From Alkalispirochaeta sp. (GTDB taxonomy: Bacteria; Spirochaetota; Spirochaetia; DSM-27196; Alkalispirochaetaceae), in contig OZ271854.1 of NCBI GenBank assembly GCA_965601925.1, forward strand, positions 4,288,001 through 4,352,000: a DNA stretch of 64,000 nucleotides. Direction: 5' to 3'. Every line of letters starts with the position of its first letter. Position 1 is the stretch's first letter. The translations under genes were made by a program, and so were the position numbers. The notes beneath the pieces are model-generated. The model did no database searches and was not told where the DNA came from. It saw nothing but the letters and a program-made list of their open reading frames with translations. Shown here one piece after another: positions 38,578-49,083 of this stretch.

Positions 38578-40623
38578 ATGGCGGAGAATAGGGATCTCGA
38601 ACGTATTTTGCAGCAAGAGACGGGAATCACTCGCGTATATCGCCGCTTCGATCGCATACTCATTACCGCGGTCAGCCTCGCGTGGGCGCTCTTTCAGCTC
38701 GCCCTACCGCGATTATTGATTCTCGACAGCATCACGGTGCGTTCGATGCACCTGGCGTTTGCTATGATGCTCGTATTTCTCGGCGTCCCGATAACACGAA
38801 AGCGCGCCCGGGACATTCCGGGATTACACTCCCTCAAACACACGCCGCTCATCGACTTTTTCGTAGCTGCGATTGCGGTCGTCGCGGCGTTGTACATCGT
38901 ACTCGACTGGGACGGCATTACCACCCGTATGGGTATTCCGACGACGCGCGACCTGGTCATGAGCGTGGCGCTCATTCTCCTACTCTTCGAGGCATCCCGG
39001 CGCGGTATCGGTATGCCCATGGTCATCATCGCCATCGTGTTCACCCTCTACGCCTTTTTCGGTCGCCGCATGCCGGGTATCCTCGCATGGCGCGGCGTGA
39101 GTCTCACTCGCTACACGAGTCAGATCGTCCTCTCCACGGAGGGTATTTTCGGCATCCCCCTCGACGTATCGGCACGCACGGTGTACCTCTTCGTCCTCTT
39201 CGGTGCCCTTCTGGAACAGTTCGGCGCGGGACACTTTTTCAACGACCTCTCCATCTCGCTCTTGGGGAAATACAAGGGCGGACCGGCAAAGGCGGCGGTC
39301 GTCTCAAGCGGCTTCACCGGTCTCGTATCGGGTTCGAGCATCGCTAACGTCGTGACAACCGGTACCTTTACCATTCCGCTCATGCGTAAGGTCGGCTATC
39401 CGGCTAAAACGGCCGCGGCCACCGAGGTGGCGGCGAGCACCAACGGACAACTCATGCCGCCGATTATGGGTGCCGCAGCGTTCATCATCGCCGAATACCT
39501 CGCGATGTCATACTTCGAGGTGATACGTGCGGCGTTCATACCGGCATTCGTGAGCTACATTGCGCTGTTTTACATCACCCATCTCGAGGCGTCCAAACTG
39601 GGTTTGCGCGGTCTTGCCGAGGAGGATGTTCCGCGCTTTTTTTCGGTGCTGAAACGGGGATATCACCATCTCATTCCCCTTTTTGTCTTGATCTACGAGC
39701 TCGCGGTACTGCGCCGCAGTCCCAACCTTGCGGTCTTTAACGCGATCGCGATTCTAGTGGCGATATATATCGTGCGCGAGGTGTTTTCCGCCGTGCGAGC
39801 CAAGACGGGCGCATGGTCGACGGCACGCACAATTGTAGCGTCTATCGGAAACGGCCTGGTAACGGGCAGTAAGAACATGCTTCCTGTAGCACTCGCCACC
39901 GCCACGGCGGGTATCATCGTCGGCATCGTCAATATGGGCATCGGCAGCCGCATCGTGCAAATGGTCGAGGTGCTGTCGATGGGGAACATCTTCCTGTTGT
40001 TATTCATCACCGCGGTAGTGAGCCTCATCATCGGCATGGGTCTGCCGACCACGGCGACCTATATCGTTATGGCGTCCATCACGGTCCCGGTCATCACGAC
40101 CCTCGGCGCCGATATCGGGCTCATTATCCCGGCAATCGCGGCGCATCTGTTCTGCTTCTATTTCGGGATTCTCGCCGACGACACGCCGCCGGTAGGTCTC
40201 GCGGCGTACGCCGCCGCGGCGATCGCAAAGTCTGACCCCATTCCCACCGGTATCAAAGGGTTTATCTACGACTTACGCACGGCGGTTATTCCCTTTATGT
40301 TCGTATTCAACCCGATGCTCCTGCTTATCGGATCGGAGGGATGGCTCCAGGGCATCATGGTCTTCATCTCCGCCGCCGGGGGAATGCTCGCCTTCACCAA
40401 TGCGGTGCAGGGATGGGCCCTCACGTCCAATAAGTGGTTCGAAGTGCCGGTGTTTCTCCTCGCCGCGGGATTGTTCTTTCTACCCAACGTCTTTGTCTCC
40501 GTAACGGGCATCGACCCATCGCGCTATTATCTGGCCTATCCCCTCGCGATCGTCGCCTACGCCCTCGCCTTCGGAAGCCAAAAGCTGCGGCTGCGTCTAC
40601 AGGCCCGTGAGGTACCGGCGTAG
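38578..40623 (+). CDS. TRAP transporter fused permease (4TM/12TM, TAXI-type)
   Basis: GGPAKAAVV, SGSSIANVVTTGTFTIPLM, GMGLPTTATYI and ADDTPPVGLAAYAAA. Confidence 0.93.
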   Translation: MAENRDLERILQQETGITRVYRRFDRILITAVSLAWALFQLALPRLLILDSITVRSMHLAFAMMLVFLGVPITRKRARDIPGLHSLKHTPLIDFFVAAIAVVAALYIVLDWDGITTRMGIPTTRDLVMSVALILLLFEASRRGIGMPMVIIAIVFTLYAFFGRRMPGILAWRGVSLTRYTSQIVLSTEGIFGIPLDVSARTVYLFVLFGALLEQFGAGHFFNDLSISLLGKYKGGPAKAAVVSSGFTGLVSGSSIANVVTTGTFTIPLMRKVGYPAKTAAATEVAASTNGQLMPPIMGAAAFIIAEYLAMSYFEVIRAAFIPAFVSYIALFYITHLEASKLGLRGLAEEDVPRFFSVLKRGYHHLIPLFVLIYELAVLRRSPNLAVFNAIAILVAIYIVREVFSAVRAKTGAWSTARTIVASIGNGLVTGSKNMLPVALATATAGIIVGIVNMGIGSRIVQMVEVLSMGNIFLLLFITAVVSLIIGMGLPTTATYIVMASITVPVITTLGADIGLIIPAIAAHLFCFYFGILADDTPPVGLAAYAAAAIAKSDPIPTGIKGFIYDLRTAVIPFMFVFNPMLLLIGSEGWLQGIMVFISAAGGMLAFTNAVQGWALTSNKWFEVPVFLLAAGLFFLPNVFVSVTGIDPSRYYLAYPLAIVAYALAFGSQKLRLRLQAREVPA

Positions 40624-43187
40624 TGGCGGAACATCGCGTCTACCGCGAAGAGGTGGACCTTAAATACCAAATCTTCAACGGCCTCTTTCTAAGCTTGCCC
40701 TTTCAGCACGTCCGACGGGCCGGCATTCTTCTGCCCGTCTTCGTCGAGCGTGCCAAGCGCCTCCTCGCCGACGGGGTCGATCCGGTGCGGATCGTCGACA
40801 GCTTTTTCGACGATCAACTCGTCGAGTACTCGCCTGCAGACCGCATGGCGATTCTCTTTCGATTCGTCCAACTCGTGGAGCGCCAAGTCGTGTTGTTCGA
40901 CGCGTTGGAGGACGCCGCCTTTTCTCACGTGCACGATATGGAGGGCGTCGGCACCTTAAACGAGACGCTCGCCCGCATCATCCAGGCGGAACGCCGTCCC
41001 GAGCTCGCGCAAATCGTCTCTGACTTTCGCGTGCGTATCGTTCTGACGGCTCATCCCACGCAGTTTTATCCCAGTCGCGTGTTGGGCATCATTACCGACC
41101 TCATCGACGCGTTGGCGAAAAACGACATATCGCGGATCTACAACTATCTGTTACAACTCGGCAAAACGCGCTTCGGCAATCGACGCAAGCCGAGCCCCAT
41201 GGACGAGGCACGAAGCCTCCTGTGGTATCTGGAGAATGTGTTCTACCACACCTTTCCCGGCGTCCACGCCCGCATTGCGACCGAGTCCCGCCCCACTATG
41301 GGCGAGGCGCTCGATCTGAAACCGATCGTAGAAGTCGGATTCTGGCCCGGAGGAGACCGCGACGGCAACCCCTTCGTCGACGCCAAAACGACGTGGGAAG
41401 TCGCCACCACCCTGCGAAGAAGCATTCTCTCCCTGTACCTCGCCGACGTGGAGATCTTGGCGCGTCGCCTCACTTTCGACGGTGCGATCGACCGCATACG
41501 ATCCATTCGCGCGCGGCTGCGCGCGACCCTCCGCGGTCACTGCGAGGACTCGGACGCGCCCCCCTTCGAGAGGCCCTCGGAACTCAAAGAGGCGCTCGTG
41601 GAGCTGTGGCAACACCTTCACGAAAAACACGACGGACTGTTCGTGGAACCCCTCGAGTCGCTCATTTGGCGCGTACAGGTATTCGGATTTCACTTCGCGA
41701 CCCTCGATATCCGCCAGGATAGCCGCATCCACGGACGTATCGTCGCAGCGGCGATCGGAGACGGGGAGACACTCACACTAGCCGGTGTGACGCGAGCTCT
41801 CGCCGACGGAGTGATCCCCGCGTATGCTGCGGTGGAGAAGATGGTCGCCGACGATGCGGTTCTTTTGGACACCATTCAATCGATACGCGTCGCCCGGGAG
41901 ATCCAGGGCGAGGGAGGCGAACGTGCGCTCCATCGCTACATCATCTCCAACACCCGCGGCGCCGCCGATGTTATAGCCGTGTACCTCCTTGCGCGCATTG
42001 CCGGCTACCCCGAGGGCGGGGTGGACCTCGATATCGTGCCGCTCTTCGAGACGGTAGACGACCTTCGTTCCGCTCCCGAGATCATGCGGACGCTCTATGA
42101 GATGCCGTTGTATCGCGGCCACTTGAAACGGCGCGGCGAGACGCAACAGATCATGCTCGGCTTCTCCGACGGTACGAAGGACGGCGGCTACGTCACGGCC
42201 AACTGGCTCATCTATCGCGCCCGCGAGGATCTTACGGCGTGTGCGGCGCGCTACGGCATCAACGTGGTCTTCTTCGAAGGGCGCGGCGGTCCTCCGGCCC
42301 GGGGAGGCGGTAAGACGCACCAATTCTATCGTGCCATGAGCCGTCTGATGGCGCGTAATCAGATTCACCTCACGATCCAGGGGCAAACGATCAGTTCCAA
42401 CTTCGGAACCGTCGACGCGGCGCGTTTCAACCTCGAGCAGCTGGTAACCGCGGGGCTGGAGAATCTTATCCTGTCGGATGACTACCAGGATCTCACCGAC
42501 GAGCAGCGCACACTCATCGACACCATGAGCGCGCACAGTCTCGAAGCGTATCGTACGCTGAAGCGTCATCCCCAGTTCATGCCGTATCTCGAGCGGATGA
42601 CGCCGTTGATCTACTACGGTCAGGCGAACAACGCGTCACGCCCCACCAGCCGCGGAAGGCGGGATTCGCTGCGCTTGGAGGATCTCAGAGCGATCCCCTT
42701 TGTCGGGGCGTGGAGTCAGATGAAACAGAACGTACCGGGCTATTTCGGATTCGGAAGCGCTCTACAGCACCTCATCGCAGAGGGTCATCTCGAGGATCTG
42801 CGTCGGTTGTACCGCTCTCACCTCTTCTTTCGGACGCTGGTAGAAAACAGCATGCAGAGCCTCAGTAAGGTAAGTTTCGATCTTACGCGCTTCATCTCGA
42901 ACGATCGGCAGTTCTCGCAAATATGGGGCATTCTCGAAGAGGAGACGACGAGAACGCGGGATATGTTGCTCCGGATCGCCGACGCCGAGCGGCTGCTCCC
43001 GAACGACCCGTCGCTCCAGGCGTCAATCGCCCTGCGGGAGTCCATTATTCTGCCCGTTCTGGTGATTCAGCAATACGCTCTTGCGAGAATCCGCGGCGAT
43101 ACGGCGGAGGACGAGGCCGCAAGCCTCAAAAAACTCGTGGTCAAATCGATGGCCGCGATCGTAAACGCCGGGCGCAACTCGGTGTGA
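40623..43187 (+). CDS. ppc: Phosphoenolpyruvate carboxylase
   Basis: VLTAHPT, GGDRDGNP, LDIRQDS, VPLFET, MLGFSDGTKDGG, GRGGPPARGGG, LRAIP and C-terminal GRNSV. Confidence 0.95.
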   Translation: MAEHRVYREEVDLKYQIFNGLFLSLPFQHVRRAGILLPVFVERAKRLLADGVDPVRIVDSFFDDQLVEYSPADRMAILFRFVQLVERQVVLFDALEDAAFSHVHDMEGVGTLNETLARIIQAERRPELAQIVSDFRVRIVLTAHPTQFYPSRVLGIITDLIDALAKNDISRIYNYLLQLGKTRFGNRRKPSPMDEARSLLWYLENVFYHTFPGVHARIATESRPTMGEALDLKPIVEVGFWPGGDRDGNPFVDAKTTWEVATTLRRSILSLYLADVEILARRLTFDGAIDRIRSIRARLRATLRGHCEDSDAPPFERPSELKEALVELWQHLHEKHDGLFVEPLESLIWRVQVFGFHFATLDIRQDSRIHGRIVAAAIGDGETLTLAGVTRALADGVIPAYAAVEKMVADDAVLLDTIQSIRVAREIQGEGGERALHRYIISNTRGAADVIAVYLLARIAGYPEGGVDLDIVPLFETVDDLRSAPEIMRTLYEMPLYRGHLKRRGETQQIMLGFSDGTKDGGYVTANWLIYRAREDLTACAARYGINVVFFEGRGGPPARGGGKTHQFYRAMSRLMARNQIHLTIQGQTISSNFGTVDAARFNLEQLVTAGLENLILSDDYQDLTDEQRTLIDTMSAHSLEAYRTLKRHPQFMPYLERMTPLIYYGQANNASRPTSRGRRDSLRLEDLRAIPFVGAWSQMKQNVPGYFGFGSALQHLIAEGHLEDLRRLYRSHLFFRTLVENSMQSLSKVSFDLTRFISNDRQFSQIWGILEEETTRTRDMLLRIADAERLLPNDPSLQASIALRESIILPVLVIQQYALARIRGDTAEDEAASLKKLVVKSMAAIVNAGRNSV

Positions 43188-43223
43188 GTAGAGCCCGGCT
43201 CGCCAGCATCTATATCGTGGAGC

Positions 43224-43865
43224 TTACGATGCGCGCTTTCCCGCAGTCTGAGCGACGTCCGGTTCAAGCTTTCCTGCGATCTGAGCGACGTGACGCCCCT
43301 GAAAGCGCGCGCCGTCGAGTTCCACTTCACTCGGCAGCCGGCTGCCGTCCCCACCGGTGATCGTGGAGGCGCCGTAGGGCGATCCGCCGTTTACCGCGTC
43401 GATGGACATCTGTCCCTGGAACGCGTAGGGAAGCCCGACAATCACCATTCCGTGGTGGAGCAGCGTAATCTGCGTCGAAAGAATCGTCGACTCCTGTCCG
43501 CCGTGTTGCGTCGCCGAAGAGGACATGACGCTGCCGACCTTGCCGACTAACGCCCCGCTCATCCACAGGGGGCCGGTCGAGTCGAGGAACATCCGCATCT
43601 GCCCCACCATATTGCCGAAACGCGTCGGTACACCGAAGATGACCGCGTCGGCCGCGGCAAGATCATCGGCGGTCGCAACCGGAACGTCGGCAAACGCCTT
43701 CTGCGCCTCAAGCGCGCCCATCGCCTTCAGAATATCGTCCGACAAGAGCTCGGGAACGCGCTTGATCTCAACCTCGGCACCGGCCTCGCGCGCGCCCTCG
43801 GCCGCTGCCTGCGCCATTTGATACATATGTCCGTACGTTGAATGAAAGACAACGAGTACCTTCAC
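43224..43865 (-). CDS. wrbA: NAD(P)H:quinone oxidoreductase, type IV flavodoxin-like
   Basis: [31 protein letters not shown] and ARFQGRHVA. Confidence 0.95.
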   Translation of the reverse strand: MKVLVVFHSTYGHMYQMAQAAAEGAREAGAEVEIKRVPELLSDDILKAMGALEAQKAFADVPVATADDLAAADAVIFGVPTRFGNMVGQMRMFLDSTGPLWMSGALVGKVGSVMSSSATQHGGQESTILSTQITLLHHGMVIVGLPYAFQGQMSIDAVNGGSPYGASTITGGDGSRLPSEVELDGARFQGRHVAQIAGKLEPDVAQTAGKRAS

Positions 43866-44338
43866 TGTTCTTCTCCTAATACTGTGTTCTGAACGCCCAG
43901 TCCGAGCTTTTTACACAACCCGGTCAGCGTTTTCTGTTCCTCGTCCGTCAGAACTGCGGCACTACGCGCGAACGCCTCCGCGATCTCGGGAAAATAGCGC
44001 CCTATCAGCGCCTTCCCGTCGTCGGTGAGCTCGAGAATCACCTGTCGTCGATCTTCGGGGAGACTCCCGCGTCGCACCAGTTTCTGACCTTCCAGATGGC
44101 CGACTACCACGCTGATATTGCCCTTCGTTTTGAGTATTTTCTTTGCCACGGTCGTCTGACAGAGCGGTCCCAGATGGAACAGCGCCTCCAAAACACCGAA
44201 CTGTGTCGGCGTCAGCCCGTCGGGGAGCGGTGCGTGCCGAAACGCGCCCCTCTGATAGGTGTCGGTCGCCCGCGACAGGGCTATAAACAGATCGAGAGCG
44301 GTCCGCTCAGCGTCGCTCCCTCGATGATGTGTCGCCAT
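43862..44338 (-). CDS. MarR family transcriptional regulator
   Basis: [19 protein letters not shown]...[14 protein letters not shown]; overlaps the start of wrbA. Confidence 0.93.
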   Translation of the reverse strand: MATHHRGSDAERTALDLFIALSRATDTYQRGAFRHAPLPDGLTPTQFGVLEALFHLGPLCQTTVAKKILKTKGNISVVVGHLEGQKLVRRGSLPEDRRQVILELTDDGKALIGRYFPEIAEAFARSAAVLTDEEQKTLTGLCKKLGLGVQNTVLGEEQ

Positions 44339-44377
44339 ATCCCTTCCCTCGAAACGTGTTGTGATTGCGCAATCTCA

Positions 44378-44403
44378 TTCAACATTGAACATTCAATGTT
44401 GAA
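44378..44403. promoter_or_regulatory. Palindromic operator upstream of marR-wrbA
   Basis: TTCAACATTGAA-CA-TTCAATGTTGAA lies just downstream of a minus-strand TTGACG(44441-44436)-16-GATACT(44419-44414) promoter. Confidence 0.75.
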
Positions 44404-44482
44404 CTGAATAGAGAGTATCGCTCGCCCGTACGGATCGTCAACTTCTTTTTAAAGAAAATCGCGGCGCGGAAATGGGTGTTCT

Positions 44483-45151
44483 CTATCGCTGGACCGATTC
44501 GACGGCTCCCAGACCGTCTATGTCGATATCCTCTCGCGAGACCGTCCCGCCGTATACGACGCGGCCCACGCCGTCGATGGACCCCATCAACACGCCGCCG
44601 GCCATGGTGAGGTCGACGCTTCCGGCGCCGTCGATATCGATGGTCGCGTGTACCACTTGTGACGCCGACAGGTCCACGCGTGCCGCGCCGTCGGTCTCGA
44701 TCGTGAGCGCGTCGACATGCAGCTCCACCCCATAGACGTTTGCGGCGCCGTCGATGTCAATTTCCAAGGTGTCAAGGTCGAAATCGTCGACGGTGATATG
44801 GGAGGCGCCGTCGATCGCGATTGTCCGCAGCGTCGGGAGGGTGACCAGCGCCTCGGCGTTCCGCACACCCGACAGACCGCGCAGCGTCAACTCGTCTCCG
44901 TCTACCTCTATATAGCGGTCGATAGAACCCGGGGCGGACGAATCCAAGGATACCGAAGGGCTCTCGCCGTAGCGTACCGAGACGGTCCATCGACCCTCGA
45001 TGTGCAACTCGTCGACAGTGGAGGGTAACGGAGAATCGGCGGTTGGGCTCGCCTCTCGGCGCGGGAAAAGCCGATTCCCGAATAGACCGATGCCGACCAA
45101 CACACCGATAAACAGCAGTATCAGAACCGTAGTGCGTCGCGTACGTTGCAT
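44483..45151 (-). CDS. DUF2807/GIN (head GIN) domain protein
   Basis: N-terminal TM/signal and repeated (I/T)DGAxx(I/V) beta-helix turns. Confidence 0.8.
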   Translation of the reverse strand: MQRTRRTTVLILLFIGVLVGIGLFGNRLFPRREASPTADSPLPSTVDELHIEGRWTVSVRYGESPSVSLDSSAPGSIDRYIEVDGDELTLRGLSGVRNAEALVTLPTLRTIAIDGASHITVDDFDLDTLEIDIDGAANVYGVELHVDALTIETDGAARVDLSASQVVHATIDIDGAGSVDLTMAGGVLMGSIDGVGRVVYGGTVSREDIDIDGLGAVESVQR

Positions 45152-45187
45152 ATCGTCATCGTATCACGATCGATCCGCCTGCGTCCC

Positions 45188-46288
45188 TCACGCGAGGAGA
45201 CGAATTCGGCTGAAGATGTACTCAAGCGTATCTTCCTTTATCACGATTCGGTGGTAGGTCGAGTCGGGCAACGTCTCGACATTCTTGGCCCGGTATTGCA
45301 AGTATTTTTGCTTGCGACGACCGTCGTACCAATAGACGAGGCGTATCGTGTCTCCCAGTATCTCCAAGCACGTCATGCCCCGCTTCCCCAGCACGCACCC
45401 GGAATTAAACATACTCGGTACGAGCAGGTGCTCGCGATAGAGGCTCGCCTGATCCGACTCGCTTCGCGCCTCCTCCCGTACCTCCAACAACTCCCGTTTA
45501 AGAACTGCGATGCGATTCTCGATCTTACCGGGCTTATGACTCTTGGGATACTTTCTGCAGAGCTGCTCGATCTCGAATTGGATCGAGTCGGTCTTGGACA
45601 TCGACTCGAAGAGCGGGCGATGCGTGTGCCCGATAACGGCGAGTATCTTACGTTCCGTGGCAAAATCATAGACTCGCCGTTCGATCCGAAATCGCTTGCG
45701 ACTCCCGGCGGCAATCGTGTAGTTCCCGATGAAGAGCGGGTTGGCCAGATAACGCAGGGCGATGCGAACGAGGTTGTTATGTTTCTCGTACCATCGCGAG
45801 GTCTGGTGACCGTGGAAGAGAAACAACTCGCCGCTCGTATGACGCAGTCGCAGCCCTTCGAGCACGGGGTCGGTGTATGTCTCGGGCCACTGCTCGTTGG
45901 CGTCCGTCTCCGGCGCTTGCGTCCACGGCCTGCCGTCGAGCAAATCGAGGTCGTGATTACCGACGATACGCGTGAGGCCGCCTCGCTCTACGATCTCGTT
46001 GAATGCGCGGTACACCTGCGGCCAACGTCGTACCACCGACCGCATGGAGAACCGCTGGAGGTCCTCCACGTCGCCGTTGAGAATGAGATGATACCGATGG
46101 TCGGCGTAATAACGCGATAGCACGGTAGCGAACAGATCGCCGTTGTGAATGAAGTCGTCGGTACGCGACCCGTTTCCCATGTGCAGATCGCTGAACACGA
46201 CGAGACGATGGTCACGTTCCAAGGGCCTGACCGGCACCCGATCATATAACTGCGTAAGACTTTGAATGCTGAACCGATCTCCGCTCAC
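45188..46288 (-). CDS. Calcineurin-like metallophosphoesterase
   Basis: SDLHMG, NGDVED, GNHD, FHGH, GHTH and NSG. Start set at GTG 46288, which follows a -10 box (the ORF track starts at 46348). Confidence 0.88.
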   Translation of the reverse strand: MSGDRFSIQSLTQLYDRVPVRPLERDHRLVVFSDLHMGNGSRTDDFIHNGDLFATVLSRYYADHRYHLILNGDVEDLQRFSMRSVVRRWPQVYRAFNEIVERGGLTRIVGNHDLDLLDGRPWTQAPETDANEQWPETYTDPVLEGLRLRHTSGELFLFHGHQTSRWYEKHNNLVRIALRYLANPLFIGNYTIAAGSRKRFRIERRVYDFATERKILAVIGHTHRPLFESMSKTDSIQFEIEQLCRKYPKSHKPGKIENRIAVLKRELLEVREEARSESDQASLYREHLLVPSMFNSGCVLGKRGMTCLEILGDTIRLVYWYDGRRKQKYLQYRAKNVETLPDSTYHRIVIKEDTLEYIFSRIRLLA

Positions 46289-46311
46289 AGCGAGACCGTA
46301 TGAGGATGGTG

Positions 46312-47184
46312 TTAGTTTTTGGTTACCGCGGAGTCGCCGAGGGTCCAAATCTGCACCTCGCCGGACCGAAATCCCAACGCCATCCGTCGCCTGGACGGAT
46401 CCAACGCCGCCGCGGAGACCCTCGGAATGGAGAGATCGCGGAGGTGCATCATACTCTTAAGATCGACGGCGACGAGGTGTCGACTATCTCGAAGCCAAAG
46501 CACATGATCCCGCTGACCGACGATACGCCCCTGCCCCTCCAATCGAACCTCCATGGACGAGAGCTTCACCCAACCGTCGGCGAGCCACATGGTGAGGCGA
46601 GAATCGTAGTCGAGGGTGAAAACCAGGCCGCCGTGAGCCGGCAGGAGGTCGTGAACGAGTAGTGACGGAATCGTCGTAGTGTGAACCACCTCGAGATTGG
46701 CCGGAGAGCGTATCTCGATGCGGTTTCCCGAGCCCCACGTCAAGAGCGCCGCTTCGTCCCGAGAAAGGCGCGCAAAGACGGGCCCCGCGACGTCACGCTT
46801 GTCGCGCAGAAAGAACGGGCCCTCGTCGGCAATGGCGATCGTTCCGTCGAACCCGGTGGCGATCGTTCGCGTTCGTTCGGCATCGTAACACAACGACGCG
46901 ACGCCGCGCCGAAAGCGGTCGAGACGGCGGGAGTTTGCCGGATTTCCCGTGAGCGCTACGATGCTACCGTCGAAACAGCCTGCACGAACCTCGCCGTTGC
47001 GCCCCGTGGACAGGGCGGTAATACTGCGTTTTCCCGCCTGTAGACGCCATGAACAGCCGAACTCGTCCCAACACGCCAGCCATCCCCGCGTATCGCCGGT
47101 GTATAGCACCCCTCGGTCGTCGAAGCATAGCGACGTTACGGCGCGGCGGTGCGCTTTTACGGAGAATTCGAGCAACCCGAGCAT
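46312..47184 (-). CDS. WD40-repeat (beta-propeller) protein
   Basis: AHRRAVTSLCF, LYTGDTRGWLACWD, ATGFDGTI and GFRSGEVQIW. The ATG at 47184 follows TTGCCG-17-TACCCT. Confidence 0.75.
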   Translation of the reverse strand: MLGLLEFSVKAHRRAVTSLCFDDRGVLYTGDTRGWLACWDEFGCSWRLQAGKRSITALSTGRNGEVRAGCFDGSIVALTGNPANSRRLDRFRRGVASLCYDAERTRTIATGFDGTIAIADEGPFFLRDKRDVAGPVFARLSRDEAALLTWGSGNRIEIRSPANLEVVHTTTIPSLLVHDLLPAHGGLVFTLDYDSRLTMWLADGWVKLSSMEVRLEGQGRIVGQRDHVLWLRDSRHLVAVDLKSMMHLRDLSIPRVSAAALDPSRRRMALGFRSGEVQIWTLGDSAVTKN

Positions 47185-47288
47185 CTGTGATAAGGGTATC
47201 GACCCGGTTCGTCGTCGGCAAGTAGAGGCGAGCGTCGATTTGGTTTGGCTCAGAACAGTATTGTAGTATATTATCCGATAAGTAGTGT

Positions 47289-49079
47289 ATGCAGCCCGAT
47301 TACGTAGGTTTCGAAACCAAACAGCGCGAAGAGCTGCTCTCCCAGTTTGGAACGTTCTCACCCGGTGAGAGGGATCTGTTTCATGCGCTGTGTCAAAACT
47401 GGCAGGAGCGGATTCCGTACGGCCGTTTCTCGGCCTTCTTGAATAGAGAAAACGGCGGCACCACATCGGATTTGCTCTCTCTCATGGATAAGCTGCGCCG
47501 TAATCGCATGGGTTTGCTGCGTACCGCGATGCAGGACGGTCGGCGTTCCCGCGAAGCGATCATCCTCACCGGTCAGGGCAGTTCGCGCTTTTACGCGGAG
47601 CTCTTTGACGAGTACTTTACCGACATGCTCGAGTCGATCGTCAATCCCCTTCCGCTGGCAAGCTACATCGAGAAGGATTTCGGCGAGATACCGCGCGACG
47701 CACTACAGACGGTGTCGGCCGCCAAGGCCGCAACCTATTTCGGCGGTAAAGCGACCGCGGAGCTCCCCCTGGCGATAGAGAGCTTCGGGGACGATGCACT
47801 GCTCATTACCCAGAAGAACCTGCGCGCCTTTATCAACGTGTCGATTCTCAAGATGCGCTACTTTCTCAACAACACGACCCTCCTCGGCGTACTCGCCAAG
47901 CTGCAGGATACCAGTCTCCTCAACATCAAGCAGCGCTGCGGCGGAAAGGAGCCGATGTTCTGGCTCGGCCTTACCAAGACGATCGTGGAACGCGCGAGGG
48001 ATATCGAGGCGATGCGAGCCGTAAACGTCGATTCGAACTTTTTCCACGTCGCCTGCCTCCTCAGGGGACTGATTGAATCGCAAATCGCCGAGGCGGAGCA
48101 GAAAAAGCAAGAGGCGGAAAACCGCCGCCTCGACTTGGAGGCGATCGCCTTGTCGGTCAAAGAGGCGCCCGACGGACTGATCGATCAATCGCAACTGTCG
48201 CGCATGCTGGAGGCGCAGAAGGAGAAGTATGCGGATCGGTTCGACCAATTTCGCGACGAGTTCTACGAGCGGTACGTCCACGCCCGATCCCGTACCGCGC
48301 TTCCCAAAATCGTGTTATTGAACCGGCGCTACATTCATCGCGACAACGTGTTCCCTCTGTTCATGCAGAACTTTCGCGTCCTCGAGGAGGAGTTGACCGC
48401 ATATTTCACCCATCTAATGGAGACACAACTCAAGACGGGTAACCGTGAAAAAGATGCCAGTTTCTATAGTCTCGACAACTTCAACGAATCGATTCGCCAG
48501 GAAATACGAGAGCGCAACGACTACATAGCGGCAATAGTGGACAAGCCCTCGGTGCTGGGCGAGGCGATGATACTCCACGCCAAGCAGAACAAACTGGCGC
48601 GCAACGTAGACGAAATCAAACAACGGCTAAGTCTCTACTTCGATCCTTCGACAATGAAATTTCTCCCGTTCAACGAGTGGTTTAACCTTCGGCCCCTGGA
48701 ACTGTTCGGTCGAGCGTTCGAGAAACTCCCGATACTGAAGCGCATATGGATACGTCTAACCGGTAAATACGAAAGTTTCCGCGGCCACTTTCTCGGTCAA
48801 ACCACGAGCCGCGATACCACCCGTATCGAGACGCCCGGGGAGAGCCGCGCCGACGGATTCTCCACGACGGGGCCCCGGGCGGCGGGCGTAGACGAGGGGC
48901 GCCGAGCCGAACGGGTTCGCGGCGCCCGTCATCGCGCGGCCGCTCCCCAGAAATCGAGCTCCGGTTCCTCCGACAAGCAGCCGGCAAAGGGTACTGCCAA
49001 GGTTCCCAAGTCGTATACCAAAAAACAGGTCGACAGCGCTTGGGCCGAGTTCGGCAGCACGATCCGCAAAAAGGATTGA
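47289..49079 (+). CDS. Hypothetical protein (596 aa, largely helical, low-complexity C-terminal tail)
   Basis: Long ORF with natural composition, divergent from the WD40 gene. I recognised no motif. Confidence 0.8.
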   Translation: MQPDYVGFETKQREELLSQFGTFSPGERDLFHALCQNWQERIPYGRFSAFLNRENGGTTSDLLSLMDKLRRNRMGLLRTAMQDGRRSREAIILTGQGSSRFYAELFDEYFTDMLESIVNPLPLASYIEKDFGEIPRDALQTVSAAKAATYFGGKATAELPLAIESFGDDALLITQKNLRAFINVSILKMRYFLNNTTLLGVLAKLQDTSLLNIKQRCGGKEPMFWLGLTKTIVERARDIEAMRAVNVDSNFFHVACLLRGLIESQIAEAEQKKQEAENRRLDLEAIALSVKEAPDGLIDQSQLSRMLEAQKEKYADRFDQFRDEFYERYVHARSRTALPKIVLLNRRYIHRDNVFPLFMQNFRVLEEELTAYFTHLMETQLKTGNREKDASFYSLDNFNESIRQEIRERNDYIAAIVDKPSVLGEAMILHAKQNKLARNVDEIKQRLSLYFDPSTMKFLPFNEWFNLRPLELFGRAFEKLPILKRIWIRLTGKYESFRGHFLGQTTSRDTTRIETPGESRADGFSTTGPRAAGVDEGRRAERVRGARHRAAAPQKSSSGSSDKQPAKGTAKVPKSYTKKQVDSAWAEFGSTIRKKD

Positions 49080-49083
49080 CCCC

